Below the pieces are notes generated by a model. That model had not been told where the DNA came from. It saw only the letters and a list, made by a program, of their open reading frames with translations, and ran no database searches. This document shows positions 26,441 through 39,221 of a stretch of DNA of 64,000 bases, piece by piece (position 1 is the first letter of the stretch; each line of letters begins with the position of its first letter). The stretch covers positions 2,108,001 through 2,172,000 of the forward strand of contig ML978124.1 in the NCBI GenBank assembly GCA_010015805.1, read 5' to 3'. Origin of the DNA: Rhizodiscina lignyota (taxonomy: Eukaryota). Both the position numbers and the translations under genes were made by a program.

Positions 26441-28189
26441 TTAGACACTACTCGTCTTCTCGAGGTGTTGTTTTTCGCCAGTTCCTGCAACGACACTGTG
26501 TCTCTTCGCCGTACTCTGCTCCCTTGCCGCATCGATGCTCTGCGCAAACTTACTCTTTTCTCTGATAGCTGGCCCTTTGTAGTAGAAAATATAGATCGGA
26601 ATCGTCACCACAACCGCGATACATGCGAGGATCGTCGAGGCATACTCCAGTGGCCGACCGGGGATGTTGCTATACATTGGTGTCGAGTATAGAGCGGCTA
26701 TGCCGGCCAAGAAGTCTCTAGCAAGATCATTGCCACCAGTAGCGGAGGCAGCGTATGGCCCATATGCCGCGGTCATGTAGTCAAGTGAGGACTGATAGAT
26801 GGCATACTGTAGTGCATTAGTAATTGCCGCTGGCAAGTTGAGATATTGGAAATTTACATTTGCTATTCCCACAAGACACGAGAATATCATTGGCGCAATC
26901 CATGGAATGCCATATTGCGGTCCCAAGCTCGTCCAAGCAAACCCGAATAATCCTATCGTCTCAAGAGGCGCAAGAAAGAGGAGCCACCACAAGCGAGCTT
27001 CGGGCTTAAGACGGTTGGGATCTTTCCGCCGTATACCGCGAAAATGGTGGATCGAGGGAAGGTAACTGAGGTATGAAAGCAGATATCCGACGAGCAGTCT
27101 GTACAACAGTTAACATATCTTATCGTAGATGCAATGGTAATGGCAAACATACGGCACGAATGCCAATCCGACGCCGACGGTACCGAAACCCCATTGTTCG
27201 TACACCGGCTGGAATGACTGCAAGAACGTGAAGATGAGAGCGTCGCTAAAGCCACTCAGGAGTGAGAGCCAAGTGACGATAGGTTCGGTGAAGAACATGT
27301 AGAATGGACGATACCAAATCGTCCAGATTTCCTTCATCGATAATTTCCGCCCTCGAATCTCGTTTGGTCCGTACACGTTCGGTTGCAAGCCTGTCTCGCG
27401 CCGCCTCTTTGCCTCCCGATCAAGGAGGATGGTCGCCCTGGTCTCTGGATTGAAGAGCAAGTGTACTAACTGCACACCTCCACCGACGCATAGTTGAGTC
27501 CAGAAAATCCATGGGAGGCTTCGGTCTGCTTCGACAAAGGCCCCGACAATAGCTCCGACGACTGATCCACCGACGGAGCTCAACACCAAGAAAGCAACGG
27601 CATATTCTTGTTCATTTGGTTCCCACATATCCGCCAGTACACCAAGTGTTACGCTTCCACCAGCAGTCGAAAGCCCTCCCAAGAATCTGCAGATAACATA
27701 TGTTCCATAGTTCTTACTCAAGGCACACGGGATCTGCCAGATATTCACTAGAAACAGGCTCATCTGCTGAATTGGCCAACGACCAAACTCCTCACTCCAC
27801 GGCGCCCAGAGTTCGCAGCCGAACGCGTACGCGACGAGGAACGTCATTTGCGGGATGCGAGCGACCTGTTCGCTGACGCCGAATTCCTGGGAGATGCCCA
27901 TGACTCCGTTGGCGTACATGGATGCGTTGAGGTTCATACTGATCTGAATCAAAAAGACTACACAGAGGATCTGCCATTTCCGCCATGTGGGGAAGGAGTA
28001 TCCTAGCTTATCCCATGCGTCAGCGTCGAGCAGCTCGACTTTGTCATCAGAGGTGACCTTTCGAGACTCCTCTGCGGCTTGTGCTGCTTGTTCGAGGGAT
28101 TCGTGGTGCTTGCCGGCCTTCTCCTCGACTTCGGCTTCATCGCCATAGTGGCCAGGATCGTGCTCGCCCTCAGGGAAGCTCGTGGCCAT
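26441..28189 (-). CDS. MFS DHA1-family multidrug transporter
   Basis: 'ELWAPWSEEFGRWP', 'RFLGGLSTAGGSVTLG..AD', 'PETR', 'PEARLWWLL'. Introns 27152-27099 and 26857-26807. Confidence 0.92.
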
Positions 28190-30348
28190 GATGGTCTATC
28201 AAACGACAGATAAGGAGAGAAGATGAGTTGATCAAGGTGTAGCAAAATAAGCTTCAAAATGTAATCCTTGAACTGGATTCTTCACATCAAAATATGGGAC
28301 GTGAACAAAATCACATACAAGACTGAACAAAAGGGAGGGCGAAAGCCCAGCAAGAGAAGCTTTAATATGATCATAGCAGAGAGCTTCGGTATGCTTGAAC
28401 CTACCAGTACTGACGTCGTGCGTAGGGACTATTGTGTAAGCCCAGAAACGCCTTGAGATGCGCCCCGCGCAATCCTTCACGACACAATCCCATATTTGGC
28501 CTCTCAGGAATCAACTCCGGATATGGGAAACCGGCCGTTTGCGCCTTATCACCCCGCAGATGTCGATATCGATGTTTCACAGGCGTAAATGGTGCTTGGC
28601 CAATGTCATACTAGGCAGGGTTGCCCATCCTTTCGCTTGGTTCCAGTTGCGGAGAAGAGATCGCCCCATTTGTGGGGCCACTCCCGAGAGCCAGGTTTCC
28701 ACAGCACTGGGAAGAGAATATGGGTCTATATAATTAATTCGACACAGTTACAACTGACAACATGAAACAACCAAGTTTTTCAGAGTCGATGTTATAAGGA
28801 GGGTCCAGTACAGCCACATAGCAGTTCTATTGATCTTTTGTAACGGCCATCTATGACCCAAGTGTCAATGATTTATTGTTTTCTCGAGGCCAGCTCGCAT
28901 GGACGATCACGTTTTGAATCGCGATCGTATTCCTTCGAAAGAGCCTGCATGACCTGATCGTCGCTCACGGGCGTTCTCTCCTAGCATTGCGAAGGATTAA
29001 CGGATGGCGCTACTGTGTCAGCCGGCCACCAGTGCTCAAATCTCCAAATTACTCTCGAGCTTATACTTAGAGTCAGGGTTGCCCGAACGACGATTCCAAA
29101 CTGAGGCTGTCCTTGTCCAAAGAGTCCGGCCTGACCGTACAGTTAGACAAGTGCTCGTGGGACTCCAGTAATGCTGAAATTCGGCAGGAACAGTTTGCTC
29201 TGAAATGAACGTGGCGTTGAATTATATTTCGAGTATTCCCGCATCTTCATTCGGATTCGGCTTCCCCTTTTCATTCATGATCAAGAAGACAGTTTTAGCG
29301 GCGAATATCTTATTGGGTATGAAAGTGAGAAAAGTGGAAAAAGTGAAGCCATTCTAGCCCGTTGTTTGAATAGATACCAAATTTAGAGCTCGATCCTACA
29401 GTGAGAGAAGCGTGGTCCATGAATCTAGGCGGTTTCGAGACCCTAGAGAGTGGCCAAAGAAGAGGAGTGACCGGACTGATACTGGTTGAGGAGGACTATT
29501 AAAGGATCATATTCCAACGGATATGGTTCCTGAAGAAAGTTATATTCAAATCGAAGGAGCTTCCGAACCACATCGCGCAGGATGAGAACAGACTGGGTGT
29601 CTGACCCTCGGACATTTCCTCCAAATCTATTCGGGTTGAGTCCTGGGTTCCGAACGCTAATCCACGTCAGTCAACGTAAGAACAAGATGTAATACAATCA
29701 GCCAGAGTATCAGCATGCGCTGAAGACCATAGGGGATCCTTCATCTCACAAGAGGCCAACGACGGCCGCTCTGAGGGTGACGAAAGGGCTGGCGTCACAG
29801 GTGCGACACATATGATGCAGCCTCTTCAAATAGAGCAGAGCATGTCGTTTGAAGTTGTGCAAAATTAACAACCTCCGGCTGAAGTATGTTGAGCAGAGCT
29901 TTTATCGATGTTCTCGCCCGAGTTGAAGAGCAGAGCTCCTTTTTTGCAGGCAAACGCTTTTGTCACTCCGACGCGGCTAAAGTAAAAATGGGTGCGCGTG
30001 AGCACGTGCCGAATGCGCTAATCCCATTTTCGGCTCGGCGTTCTGCGGCCTGTCAGCCTCTTCACATGCCTTCAAAGCTCGAAGGGTGCGCGTGCCATTC
30101 ACGAGCGCATAAACGTCACTCGAACGGCCGAGAGAGTCTCTGTTAAGTATATTAACTACATATTACCCTTGACTGCCCTATTGCTGTCGCTTCCTCTATT
30201 ATCTCTTTCAGCTTCAACAGACGCCCCCTCCTCTTTTCGTCTGACAATAGAACCATCGACTTAAGCAGACAACGTCATACCCTCCGAACGTCCGCTTTCC
30301 GTCCATCCTTCAACCCTACCACTCCAATCTTCTCGAGACAATATCACA

Positions 30349-30860
30349 ATGTCGATCGCCGATTCCACATTTCCTTCATCCCAAGCTTTCGAGCTGATCA
30401 ATCAAGCGCTACAATCCGATGACGCGGAACGAAAGGACGCGATCAAGAAGGGCGGCGCCATCTTTGCATTCACACTGAAGAACAAGGAAGGAAAAACCCA
30501 GAGCTGGTATATCGACTTGAAGAAGGAGGGTAAAGTTGGAAAGGGTGCTGCACCACAAGGAGGCAAAGCTAATGGTACGTTCTGCTGTTTCGTTATCCCG
30601 ATGAAGACGGCATTCATCCCGTAAGAGCATATATCGAATTGAACATTGAAGAAGCTGTACTGTCTAAGGACTCTCGCTAACACTATTCTCTCTCAGTCAC
30701 GCTCGTCCTCTCCGATGCTGACTTTGCCAATCTTGTCAGCGGAAAGGCCAACGCACAAAAGCTCTTCATGTCCGGCAAGCTAAAGGTCCGCGGCGACGTT
30801 ATGAAGGCGACACGGATGGAGCCTATTCTCAAGAGGGCACAGACGAAGGCCAAGCTATAA
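30349..30860 (+). CDS. Peroxisomal SCP2-family lipid-binding protein
   Basis: Intron 30575-30696. 'WYIDLKKEG.V.KG', 'L.SGKANAQKLFMSGKLKVRGDVMKA', C-terminal PTS1 -AKL. Confidence 0.93.
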
Positions 30861-31047
30861 ATGACATCTACTCTTGAACCTGCTGTATCATATGTTGGCG
30901 GCGTGCGATTCTCCGATAGAGCCTAGCCAAACGTTAATGTCATCTTATATGATATCTAGATCCCTGCCATATTATTTACATAAGAGCACGGCTCCTAAGC
31001 GCCTTCCTAATGCATGTCTACATGACATCCTTACAATTATGACTTGC

Positions 31048-32376
31048 TCATGCACTAGTTTCGTTACCGTCCACATTTCCGTTCGCTTCCTCTTCACGCT
31101 CTTCGGTCTTCCCACTGCCTAAAGGCAGTGCTTTCGCAGGTGCCGGATTTAAAAAGTGATCAGCGTTGACCAATGGTGCTTTCGGGTTCAATTCAAGTCC
31201 GAAGCCAGGTTTATCAAGGTCCGAGACGTCCAAATATCCCTTCACGGGTATTGGTTCGTTAACAAACAGGTCTCCAAAGACTGGTAGCACAGTCTTTCCA
31301 TCTGGACTATTGGCGAGGTACTCTTGGAACGGTGAATTCGCCTGGCTGACGACGAAGTGGTAACTGTATGGCCCGCTCGCGTGTGGCACAACTGGTATAT
31401 CAAAGGCAGCAGCCATTGCGGAGATTTTGAGCAACTCAGTCAGGCCACCTACCCACATCACATCCGGCTGAATAATATCCAGGTTCCGAGGGGTAATCAA
31501 AGAGCGAAAACCATAGCGACTGAACTCGTGCTCGCCGGTAGTGAACTTGACCGCAGGATGCGCCCTCTTCAACTGTGCGAACCCTTCGGTGTCATCCGGG
31601 CTAAGACACTCCTCCCACCAATTGATGTTGAGATCCTTGCATGCAGAAACAAGGTCGATCGTGTACGACACATTCAGACTCATGTAGCAATCTACCATAA
31701 TCGGGAAGTCCGGTCCCACTTCTTCCCTTTTCTGTCGTAGATATTCCACATTCTTCCTCAGTCCTTCGAATCCTTCACCAGGGCTGTATGGAAGAGCAAC
31801 TTTCCCGCCCCAGAAACCCATGGACTTGGCTGCCGCAGGCTGTGGTCCGGTGCAGTAAAAGTTAAGACGTTCGCGGGTAGCACCGCCAATAAGTTTGTAG
31901 ACAGGCTCATTACGAATCTTTCCGAGCAGATCCCATATCGCAAGATCGATGACACTGATAACTGCGATTGGCAGACCTTTCCGGCCATAGAACATGCTAC
32001 CACGGTACATCAGTTCAAACAGATTGTTCGTATCTCTCGGATCGGCCCCCACGAGGAAGCGCTCGAAATGCTGCTTGACGAGCCAGCAGGCAGGAGGTCC
32101 ACCAAAGCCGGTAGCGAAGCCTTTCGTACCATCTGTGGCTTCGAGTTCGACACAGAAAGATCCCAAGACATTGATTCCCCAGCTTGTCCTCGACTGGCGG
32201 TATTCCGGATATCCGGACATTGGAGTCGAGATTTTAGAATCGATGAGCCAGTGGCCGCCCTTTACGTTGTGATAATCCCCGCCTGTGCCGACCCCTTCCG
32301 TTATAAAAGTTCGCACATGCTGAATCTTAGGAAAGCCACGGACCGATGATGGCCCAGCTTGTGTTGGGGAGACCAT
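31048..32376 (-). CDS. LRA3: L-rhamnonate dehydratase (enolase/mandelate racemase superfamily)
   Basis: 'GGDYHNVKGGHWLID..ISTPMS.YPEYRQSRTSWGINVLGS', 'MVDCYMSL', 'WWEECL', 'TTGEHE', 'QPDVMWVGG', 'VVPHASGPYSYHF'. Intronless. Confidence 0.92.
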   Translation of the reverse strand: MVSPTQAGPSSVRGFPKIQHVRTFITEGVGTGGDYHNVKGGHWLIDSKISTPMSGYPEYRQSRTSWGINVLGSFCVELEATDGTKGFATGFGGPPACWLVKQHFERFLVGADPRDTNNLFELMYRGSMFYGRKGLPIAVISVIDLAIWDLLGKIRNEPVYKLIGGATRERLNFYCTGPQPAAAKSMGFWGGKVALPYSPGEGFEGLRKNVEYLRQKREEVGPDFPIMVDCYMSLNVSYTIDLVSACKDLNINWWEECLSPDDTEGFAQLKRAHPAVKFTTGEHEFSRYGFRSLITPRNLDIIQPDVMWVGGLTELLKISAMAAAFDIPVVPHASGPYSYHFVVSQANSPFQEYLANSPDGKTVLPVFGDLFVNEPIPVKGYLDVSDLDKPGFGLELNPKAPLVNADHFLNPAPAKALPLGSGKTEEREEEANGNVDGNETSA

Positions 32377-32855
32377 TGTGGCCGATCTGAAGAGGTGGGG
32401 AGTGCTGAACCTAAAGGTGACAAGACGGACGGAAAGTACAGGTTCGAGTGTGGGTAATACGACTTCGGTGGTAATGCAAGTGTCTCCAGAAACGAGCGGA
32501 TATTTATTCGTAGGAGACAAGACGCCTGAAAGGGAATCCACACTTATCTTGTAGCTTTACAGTGGGCCTTCCATACTGTACTTCGGTGCTCTTTGGCACG
32601 ACGATATCCAAAACCATATTGCCACGGGAAGGGAACTGCAACGGGTATGGACGCCAGTCAACGTTCTAGAGCTGGCAGGCTAGCAGGGTTTATGGAGGAT
32701 TTTATTCGTCAAGCGTAAGCCAGGCAAAAGGGACGATCGTGGCCAGGATAGGTCAGGTCGGGTTCATGAGCTCATATGCCGAACGTCTCGGCGGGGAAGC
32801 TCAACATTGAACCGACATCCTCGCGACAACGTCGCCCGACCAGCGAAAAGAAGCA

Positions 32856-35853
32856 ATGCCAACTCGACGACGAGCGAGCATGAACGCCCTCAGCCCCAGC
32901 TCGGGAAAGAACGCAGATAGCGACGAGCAGGACAATTGGAGTGGCGCCGACAGCAATACGGCCGATGCGCTGGATGGGGAGCCGGCAGAGGAGGGTGAAG
33001 ATGGGACAAGTAAGAAGAGGAAAATCCGCCCATTGAGCGTTTCGTGCGAGCTGGTGCGTTCTTCAAGTCGTTGCAGCCCATCGCTATCGATGCCATCTTA
33101 GTCATGGGGCGCTCGTACTGATGCTGATGATGTGAGTGTGTAGTGCAAGACGCGAAAGGTCAAATGCGACAGAGGTATGCGAAGTCTCCCGCGCACTCCC
33201 ATTCGTCTCATCTCACCTTGCCTGCAGGACAGCCGGCCTGTGGCTGGTGCGTCAGAAACAATCAAGTATGCGAATATAAAGGTAAGAACACCTCGTCGCT
33301 GACCTTCAAACTATAGCGCGACCGATGGATCGAGTGGCTAATATGCCGCATGGCAGAGAGAAAGAAACCTGGCCTGCGGGCAGGCTATGGTCGAGAGCTG
33401 GAATCGAGACTGGGTAAGTCCTTCATGATCCTCCGCTACAATATTTTCCGGCACTGACGCCTTCCTTTAGACCGACTTGAAGGTATATACGCAACCCGCC
33501 AGATGGTTTGTTGCTCCAAAAAATGGACCGGCTAATCAAACTCGAAGATATCCTTCGCCAGCAGCAAGACACCATCGCCAGCTTGGCAAATCTGCAGCAA
33601 GGTGTACAACAAGCGCCACAGGAGGGTCCAATGTTCAGATCACCTCCCCAATTACAGACGCCGCACATTCCAAGACCAGAGACTGCTCTTTTCATCCAGA
33701 AGCCGTCGACTTATCCCCAGTCCGGGTCTCAATTTGGGGACTACCGCCAGACGCAGCACGCCCCTCCGACATATCAACATCACATCACATCCGAGCCAGT
33801 CCAACATCCAAATCAATCTACTCTGCCACCAACATCTCGCGACTTATATTCACAACCAAACCCTACTTTAGAGTCACCTAGTCTCAATCTCCCCAAAGCT
33901 CCTGTCAATCCCGTAAGCACTTCGGACCAAGATTTCCCTCCCTACGACCTCTTGTACGCTCTTTGCGATATTTATTTCAAGCACGTAAACACATGGTGTC
34001 CAATCCTACATCGTCGGTCGACTCTGGATTCTCTCTTTGGGCATACGCCGCTCCAGGAAGACGATCGGATTCTACTCCATGCCATTGTTGCGACTACCCT
34101 GCGCTTCTCCGGAGACCCTCGATTAACAGAAGAGGCACGTGAAAAATATCATGAGGTCTCGAAACAAAAGGTCCTATTATATGGCCTAGAAAACAGCTCA
34201 GTCAAGGCTTTGCAGGCCATGGTGATTTTAGCACTTGATCTTGTTGGCGCATCAAACGGTCCTCCTGGCTGGAATCTGCTGGCACTCATTACACGATCCG
34301 TTGTTCAGCTTGGTCTGGCAGTTGAAGCGACATCCTCGTCAGTGGCTCCAAGTTATGCATCAATATACACGCTTCGTGCAATTACGCTCCCTGAGCCAAA
34401 GGATTGGATCGAGGAGGAGAGCAGACGGCGTCTTTTCTGGATGGTTTACCTACTCGATCGTTACGCTACCGTCTCTACCGCATTCGATTTTGCGCTGTCA
34501 GACCACGAGATTGACCGGAAGCTCCCATGCAGAGATGATTTGTTCTCTCGCAATCAGCCTGTTGAGACACGGTGGTTCAGGACATCCGAGCGTGATGATT
34601 ATAGCATTGACAAGCCTGAGAATCTTGGGTCGTTCTCTTATTACATTGAGGTCATCGGAATCCTGTCAAAGATCCACCAGTTCCTCAAGAAGCCGGTCGA
34701 CATCGGCGCGCTATCGGATGTTGAGCAGTGGCAAAGAGAATACCGTGAACTAGACAACATGCTTTCGACTTGGAAGTATAACCTTCCAGCGGAGTACTCA
34801 AATATGTCACGAGTCTTGAATCCAGGATCGGGCAACAAGATTGTCAATTGCGGATGGGTCATGTTGCATGCCGCATATAACACGTAAGTTGACTTAATGC
34901 GCAATAGAGATGAGCTAACAAAATCCGACAGCACCATCATCCGTTTGCACTCTTCCGCTGGCTACCCAACTACCCGCTCGCCCATTTTCACTCCTTCCTA
35001 CGCCGCATCTCAACGCTGCATGGCTGCTGTTGAAGCTATGGTCGACCTTGTCAACTTCGTTCGCAGCCCTGGCACTGGCAATGGCACCAACCAGTCCCAA
35101 AAGTCTACCGAAGCTCCCTCGAATGCCCCGAAAGACAACATGGTGAACAAGCTTGGCCCTCCGTTTGCGTTCTGCGTCTGGGTTGCTGCACGTATGGTGC
35201 TTGTTCATGGCTCCACAGTGGATCGCCATGTCTCACCAGGAATTTACCCTCTACTCGACACGCTGCGCGATATGGGCAGATATTGGAAAGTCGCGGAACG
35301 CTACGCGAGTCTGCTCACTCGTGTCCTTGACGAATATGAATCTTCAGATCGCGGAAGAAGAGATGGTGGGTTGTCCGCTCCAACGGCTGACGGTGGGCGG
35401 CCTGGCACTCCTACCGCAGTCAAAATATTGGCAGACATGCGAAGAACGGCGTTCGATCTGGACTTTTTAATCAGTAGACAACCGCATGCGCAGCACAGCG
35501 CTGTTAGGAACGGATACACACCCTCTCGGGATAATGCTCCTGGCAATGCGGCGGGAAACGGCGCAACGCCTAGTGGCATGGATACACTGTCCGCGGCGGC
35601 ATCGGCTGCAGTCAGGCAGCCGCAGCAGAACGAGCTCGAGTACCTCGATGTGTTTGACTTCTTTAACATGCCAAGGCTGCCGGTCGGCTTTGAAGGCGTG
35701 GGCGGAAATGGAGGGTACAGCAGTGCGGAGAGTGCGCAAAATGGAGCCGCTAGCGGCGGTCAGGCAGTTGGAGGGACGGCCAACAACGAGTTTAACATCA
35801 CAAACTACATGGTCGATGCGAGTTCGGATTGGTTTGTGAAGACGCCTAGTTGA
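32856..35853 (+). CDS. rhaR: Zn(II)2Cys6 transcription factor, RhaR-like L-rhamnose regulator
   Basis: Exons 32856-33053, 33144-33174, 33228-33281, 33357-33413, 33471-33482, 33548-34883, 34932-35853 give SCELCKTRKVKCDRGQPACGWCVRNNQVCEY and a fungal TF domain (ESRRRLFWMVYLLDRY). The RhaR identity is inferred from sequence likeness and the divergent position next to LRA3. Confidence 0.8.
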
Positions 35854-37422
35854 AGACTGAGGCTGTCTCGATGGGGTGGCCAAAACCTTTGCCCCCAACG
35901 TTTCAAACGCTGAACACGTATGATATAGTCCCTGTAACTTATAAAGTGTACAATTTCTTCATCCGTGAGCTATTAATGTATACACTCTAAAGGACGTGGA
36001 ACTAAGCTTTCAGGGGTAGTCTTACTTCGCTACTCGGCCTCGGACAATGCAGTTTGCGCGACCAACAAGGTGATGAGCTGCATCCAGCACAGATGTAAGA
36101 CAAGGTCTCCGCTGGTACAGGGGGGCCGTACAGCCTGTGCTAATCTAACAAAAGTTTGAGTGAACACAGATCACACTTAAGATCTCACGAATTCGACTCG
36201 ATCCAGCCATTTTGTCACTATCTTACCTCCTTGCTTGTGTTAGTAGTATAATTTGAGTGCTTATCCGTTCAACGCTAAACTCCGCTTCGTAACTGAATTA
36301 TACTGTAAGGGGAAAAGTGAACGTGTAAACTTAAAGACGGCGGCGGCCGGACTGCACCCGCCTCCACATCCGTCGCTCCACAACCCCCAAAATTAAAGAG
36401 TATGCACATCTTCAATGTTCCAGACTCTGCAAAGTGCGATAAGAGTTGTGCCTGGATGTTGCCTGAAGCACTCCCATGTCGTAATCTCTTCCTGCTGTTG
36501 TCACTCAAGCGCAATCATGCCGGGTCCCCATCCTTTTCCGCCTCACTGCTAATTCAGATTGCATGTAGAATCGTAAGTCTTGCGCGAAACCAGTGTATGC
36601 TGGATAAGGTGGCATCAAGAGAAAGGTGACATACAGACTTGACAAACCGCATCAAATTATCCCAATATAACTGCGCGACGACGATACTCACTTCGCATTG
36701 GCACTAAAGTCCAGAACCCCGAGGCTGCTCTGAACTGGAACTGCTGACATGACCTGTTTGGGGGATTATGTGAACAATGTCAACGTACATGTACCGAGTT
36801 CATGTAGTCTAAGCTTCAGGTTTGCAAGTACCCCATCTATCCCCTAAATAAGACTCATCTCGTTTGCCACGAAGCACAGGCCCAGGAAGTCTAGTCTCTT
36901 CGTTACTTTGATCTCTCGGATATTTTCAGTACCGGTCGCTACATACCTCAGTTGGTCATGCCCTACATGTAGCCGCTTTAGCGGGCGTAAGCCTAGAGTC
37001 GTAACTTTTCTTGTTCTCGTCGAAAATGCTATCATCTACTATAGAATATTCTCCTATTGCGGTTGTTTATATCTGCTGCCAAGCGATTAATGCACTTGTG
37101 ATTGATAAAAAAAGCTTCAGTTAGTGATTTAATGGTTTATGTTCTCTCCTCTATCATCGTCGGGCGAGAGGATGACGAGTTTCCGTCTAAGATTCTCAGC
37201 ATCTTCATCTTACATATGTCTAAGTATAGCGCTCTAAGACATAGAATTTGAGAGTGAAGTGTCTCAGAGGCTCATTAGGTAGCATCTAATCTCGACGGTA
37301 GAACCGTAAGACTAACGTTCCATTGCTTCATTGACATTAACTTCAAGGGCACGAACGAGTGAGATTAACAGCCAAGCAGGGGGAGGGAGTAGTCGGAATT
37401 CAAAAATAACCATGAACCAAGT

Positions 37423-37430
37423 ATATAAAG
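37423..37430 (+). promoter_or_regulatory. TATA box followed by a CT-rich leader
   Basis: TATATAAA about 180 bp upstream of ATG 37605, followed by a pyrimidine-rich stretch. Confidence 0.6.
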
Positions 37431-37604
37431 GCGAGCAGTTTTGCTCCCACAAGCCTCCATAACGCTACATCTCCAAGTTTTCCCTTCTCATCTTCCTTAT
37501 CTCTTATTTCATCTTCCTTTCCTCTTGGGCTTTTTGCATTCTTTTCTAAAAGGACTCGCCGAACTACTCAAACGAATTTCTTTTCGAAAGTAACTTTATT
37601 CAAA

Positions 37605-38195
37605 ATGAAGTTCTCAGTTACCACCTTCGCCGTCGTCGTGGCATTCATCGCCGGCAGTTCAGCCTCTCCCACCCTATTTGCGAGACAGATGCCTAGTGCA
37701 GCTCAAATCAACCAAGCCATTCAAGCATGGCAGGCCGACACTGCAACTGTATCGGCATTCCTCGACGCAGCTGCCAACTTGGGCAACTTCGCCAGCAATG
37801 CGGACTTCGAAAGCCAAGCCCTCACCGCGACCAACGCTGAGAAGGACGAGCTGACCCACAAGGCCGTCCTCGACATGGAGTTCCCTGGACAGTCGAACGC
37901 GCAGATCGTTCAGGCGAACCAGGTCCTAGTGGCCGATAACACCTTCCAGAACGTCGTCGACCAGTTGCAGGAGATGTCGGTGCTGGGTGAGAGCCGCGCC
38001 AGCGCCGATGTCACGAACATCAACAACGACCGCTGCGTGCATGTCTTGCCTTGCATTGACGTGTACTTTGCACAAGGCGCAATTGCTGCTGGCGACAGTG
38101 GGGCACCGTTGACTGCTGCCAGGCCCGCTGCTTGCACGGCCATTTGCCAACAGCAGGATTGCTCATGCAACGAACCTGTCACCAAGATGTTTTGA
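37605..38195 (+). CDS. Small secreted protein with 6 Cys (effector-like)
   Basis: Signal peptide MKFSVTTFAVVVAFIAGSSA; CAAAATG start context; GC3-biased codons; 196 aa; Cys clustered in the C-terminal third. Confidence 0.85.
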   Translation: MKFSVTTFAVVVAFIAGSSASPTLFARQMPSAAQINQAIQAWQADTATVSAFLDAAANLGNFASNADFESQALTATNAEKDELTHKAVLDMEFPGQSNAQIVQANQVLVADNTFQNVVDQLQEMSVLGESRASADVTNINNDRCVHVLPCIDVYFAQGAIAAGDSGAPLTAARPAACTAICQQQDCSCNEPVTKMF

Positions 38196-39221
38196 AGGGA
38201 CGAAAGAGTTTACGAGGTGGCTGCTTTTCCAGATACATGTCTCTCATTTGTTGCTGGTGAAGCTTTTCGCTCTTTTATGCATAGCATCGACGCATTTCAT
38301 TTCAATTAGTATTGTCTAGTTTGTTCGACGCGGAATGATTGAGGACCCTACATTCGTTGCAAATACTTAATTAGGTCTAAAAGTAAAGATTCAATTTGAG
38401 GTCAATTTCACACATATATAAGAAGGCGGGTTATTACTTGACTTCTTCCCACATAGCATTCCAGCATCGAGTGTGTTTACTCTCCTCCTTCTCGCGGCTA
38501 AGTGCCGCAAATGCGGCCGCGGATCATACTGACGCCCCTGCTAATAATCAAGACGGAGCGCAGTACCGTGTTTGACTGCTCTTCAAAACTCTCTACAATA
38601 TTTGGCTCGCTGACTTGAACAAAATCGAAACTCGGTGACTTGTTGGCGGTAAACGTCGACTATGATCCGAGGTCTATTTCAGCCGTGATGGCTGTCGTCG
38701 GCTCTGGTCGCAGAATCCAATTGAAACAAATCATGCTTCGAAATGACCCCTTTTCGGTCTAATCTCTTATTTGAGATCGGCTCCCCATGTGGCTTACGAG
38801 GTCTTGATGGTGGCAGATGATAGATGACCGATGGCAAGACGTAGCTTGCTCGCGCTGCACCTCTTGTGCTCCGTGTCGTAACCGCGTAGACAATAGAAGC
38901 TCGATGTCTATCCTGTCTCACAGCATGTTGGGGAAGATTTCTGGGCTGAGGAACTCGGAATCGGCTTGCTTTCCATGCCCACAGTATGAGAGCTACGTAC
39001 ACCACAGTTGTACAGCATTGAAATTAGTTCGGGAAAAGAGAGTGAGTAAGAACTTTCGCTTCTCACCAGCGTGTCCTTCCATTTCCGGTCTGGTCCTTCT
39101 GATCCCCATCTATCACCATCCCAGCCTGTAGATTCACTCCCCTCCCCCCATTCCATGTACCTCATCTCCTTGCGCTCTACTGCGCCGTCTGGGGACCTTC
39201 ATGCTGGAACTACTGCTGCTC

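Noticed and set aside
30575..30696. Long introns in SCP2, BAP31 and laeA as stwintrons (nested introns)
   Set aside because: I found no internal intron whose removal rebuilds a donor, branch or acceptor; single-step splicing already keeps the frame.
22122..35853. SDR + DHA1 transporter + LRA3 + TF as a full rhamnose cluster
   Set aside because: The SDR has HSD17B10 signatures, the transporter is a drug:H+ antiporter rather than a sugar porter, and housekeeping genes intervene.
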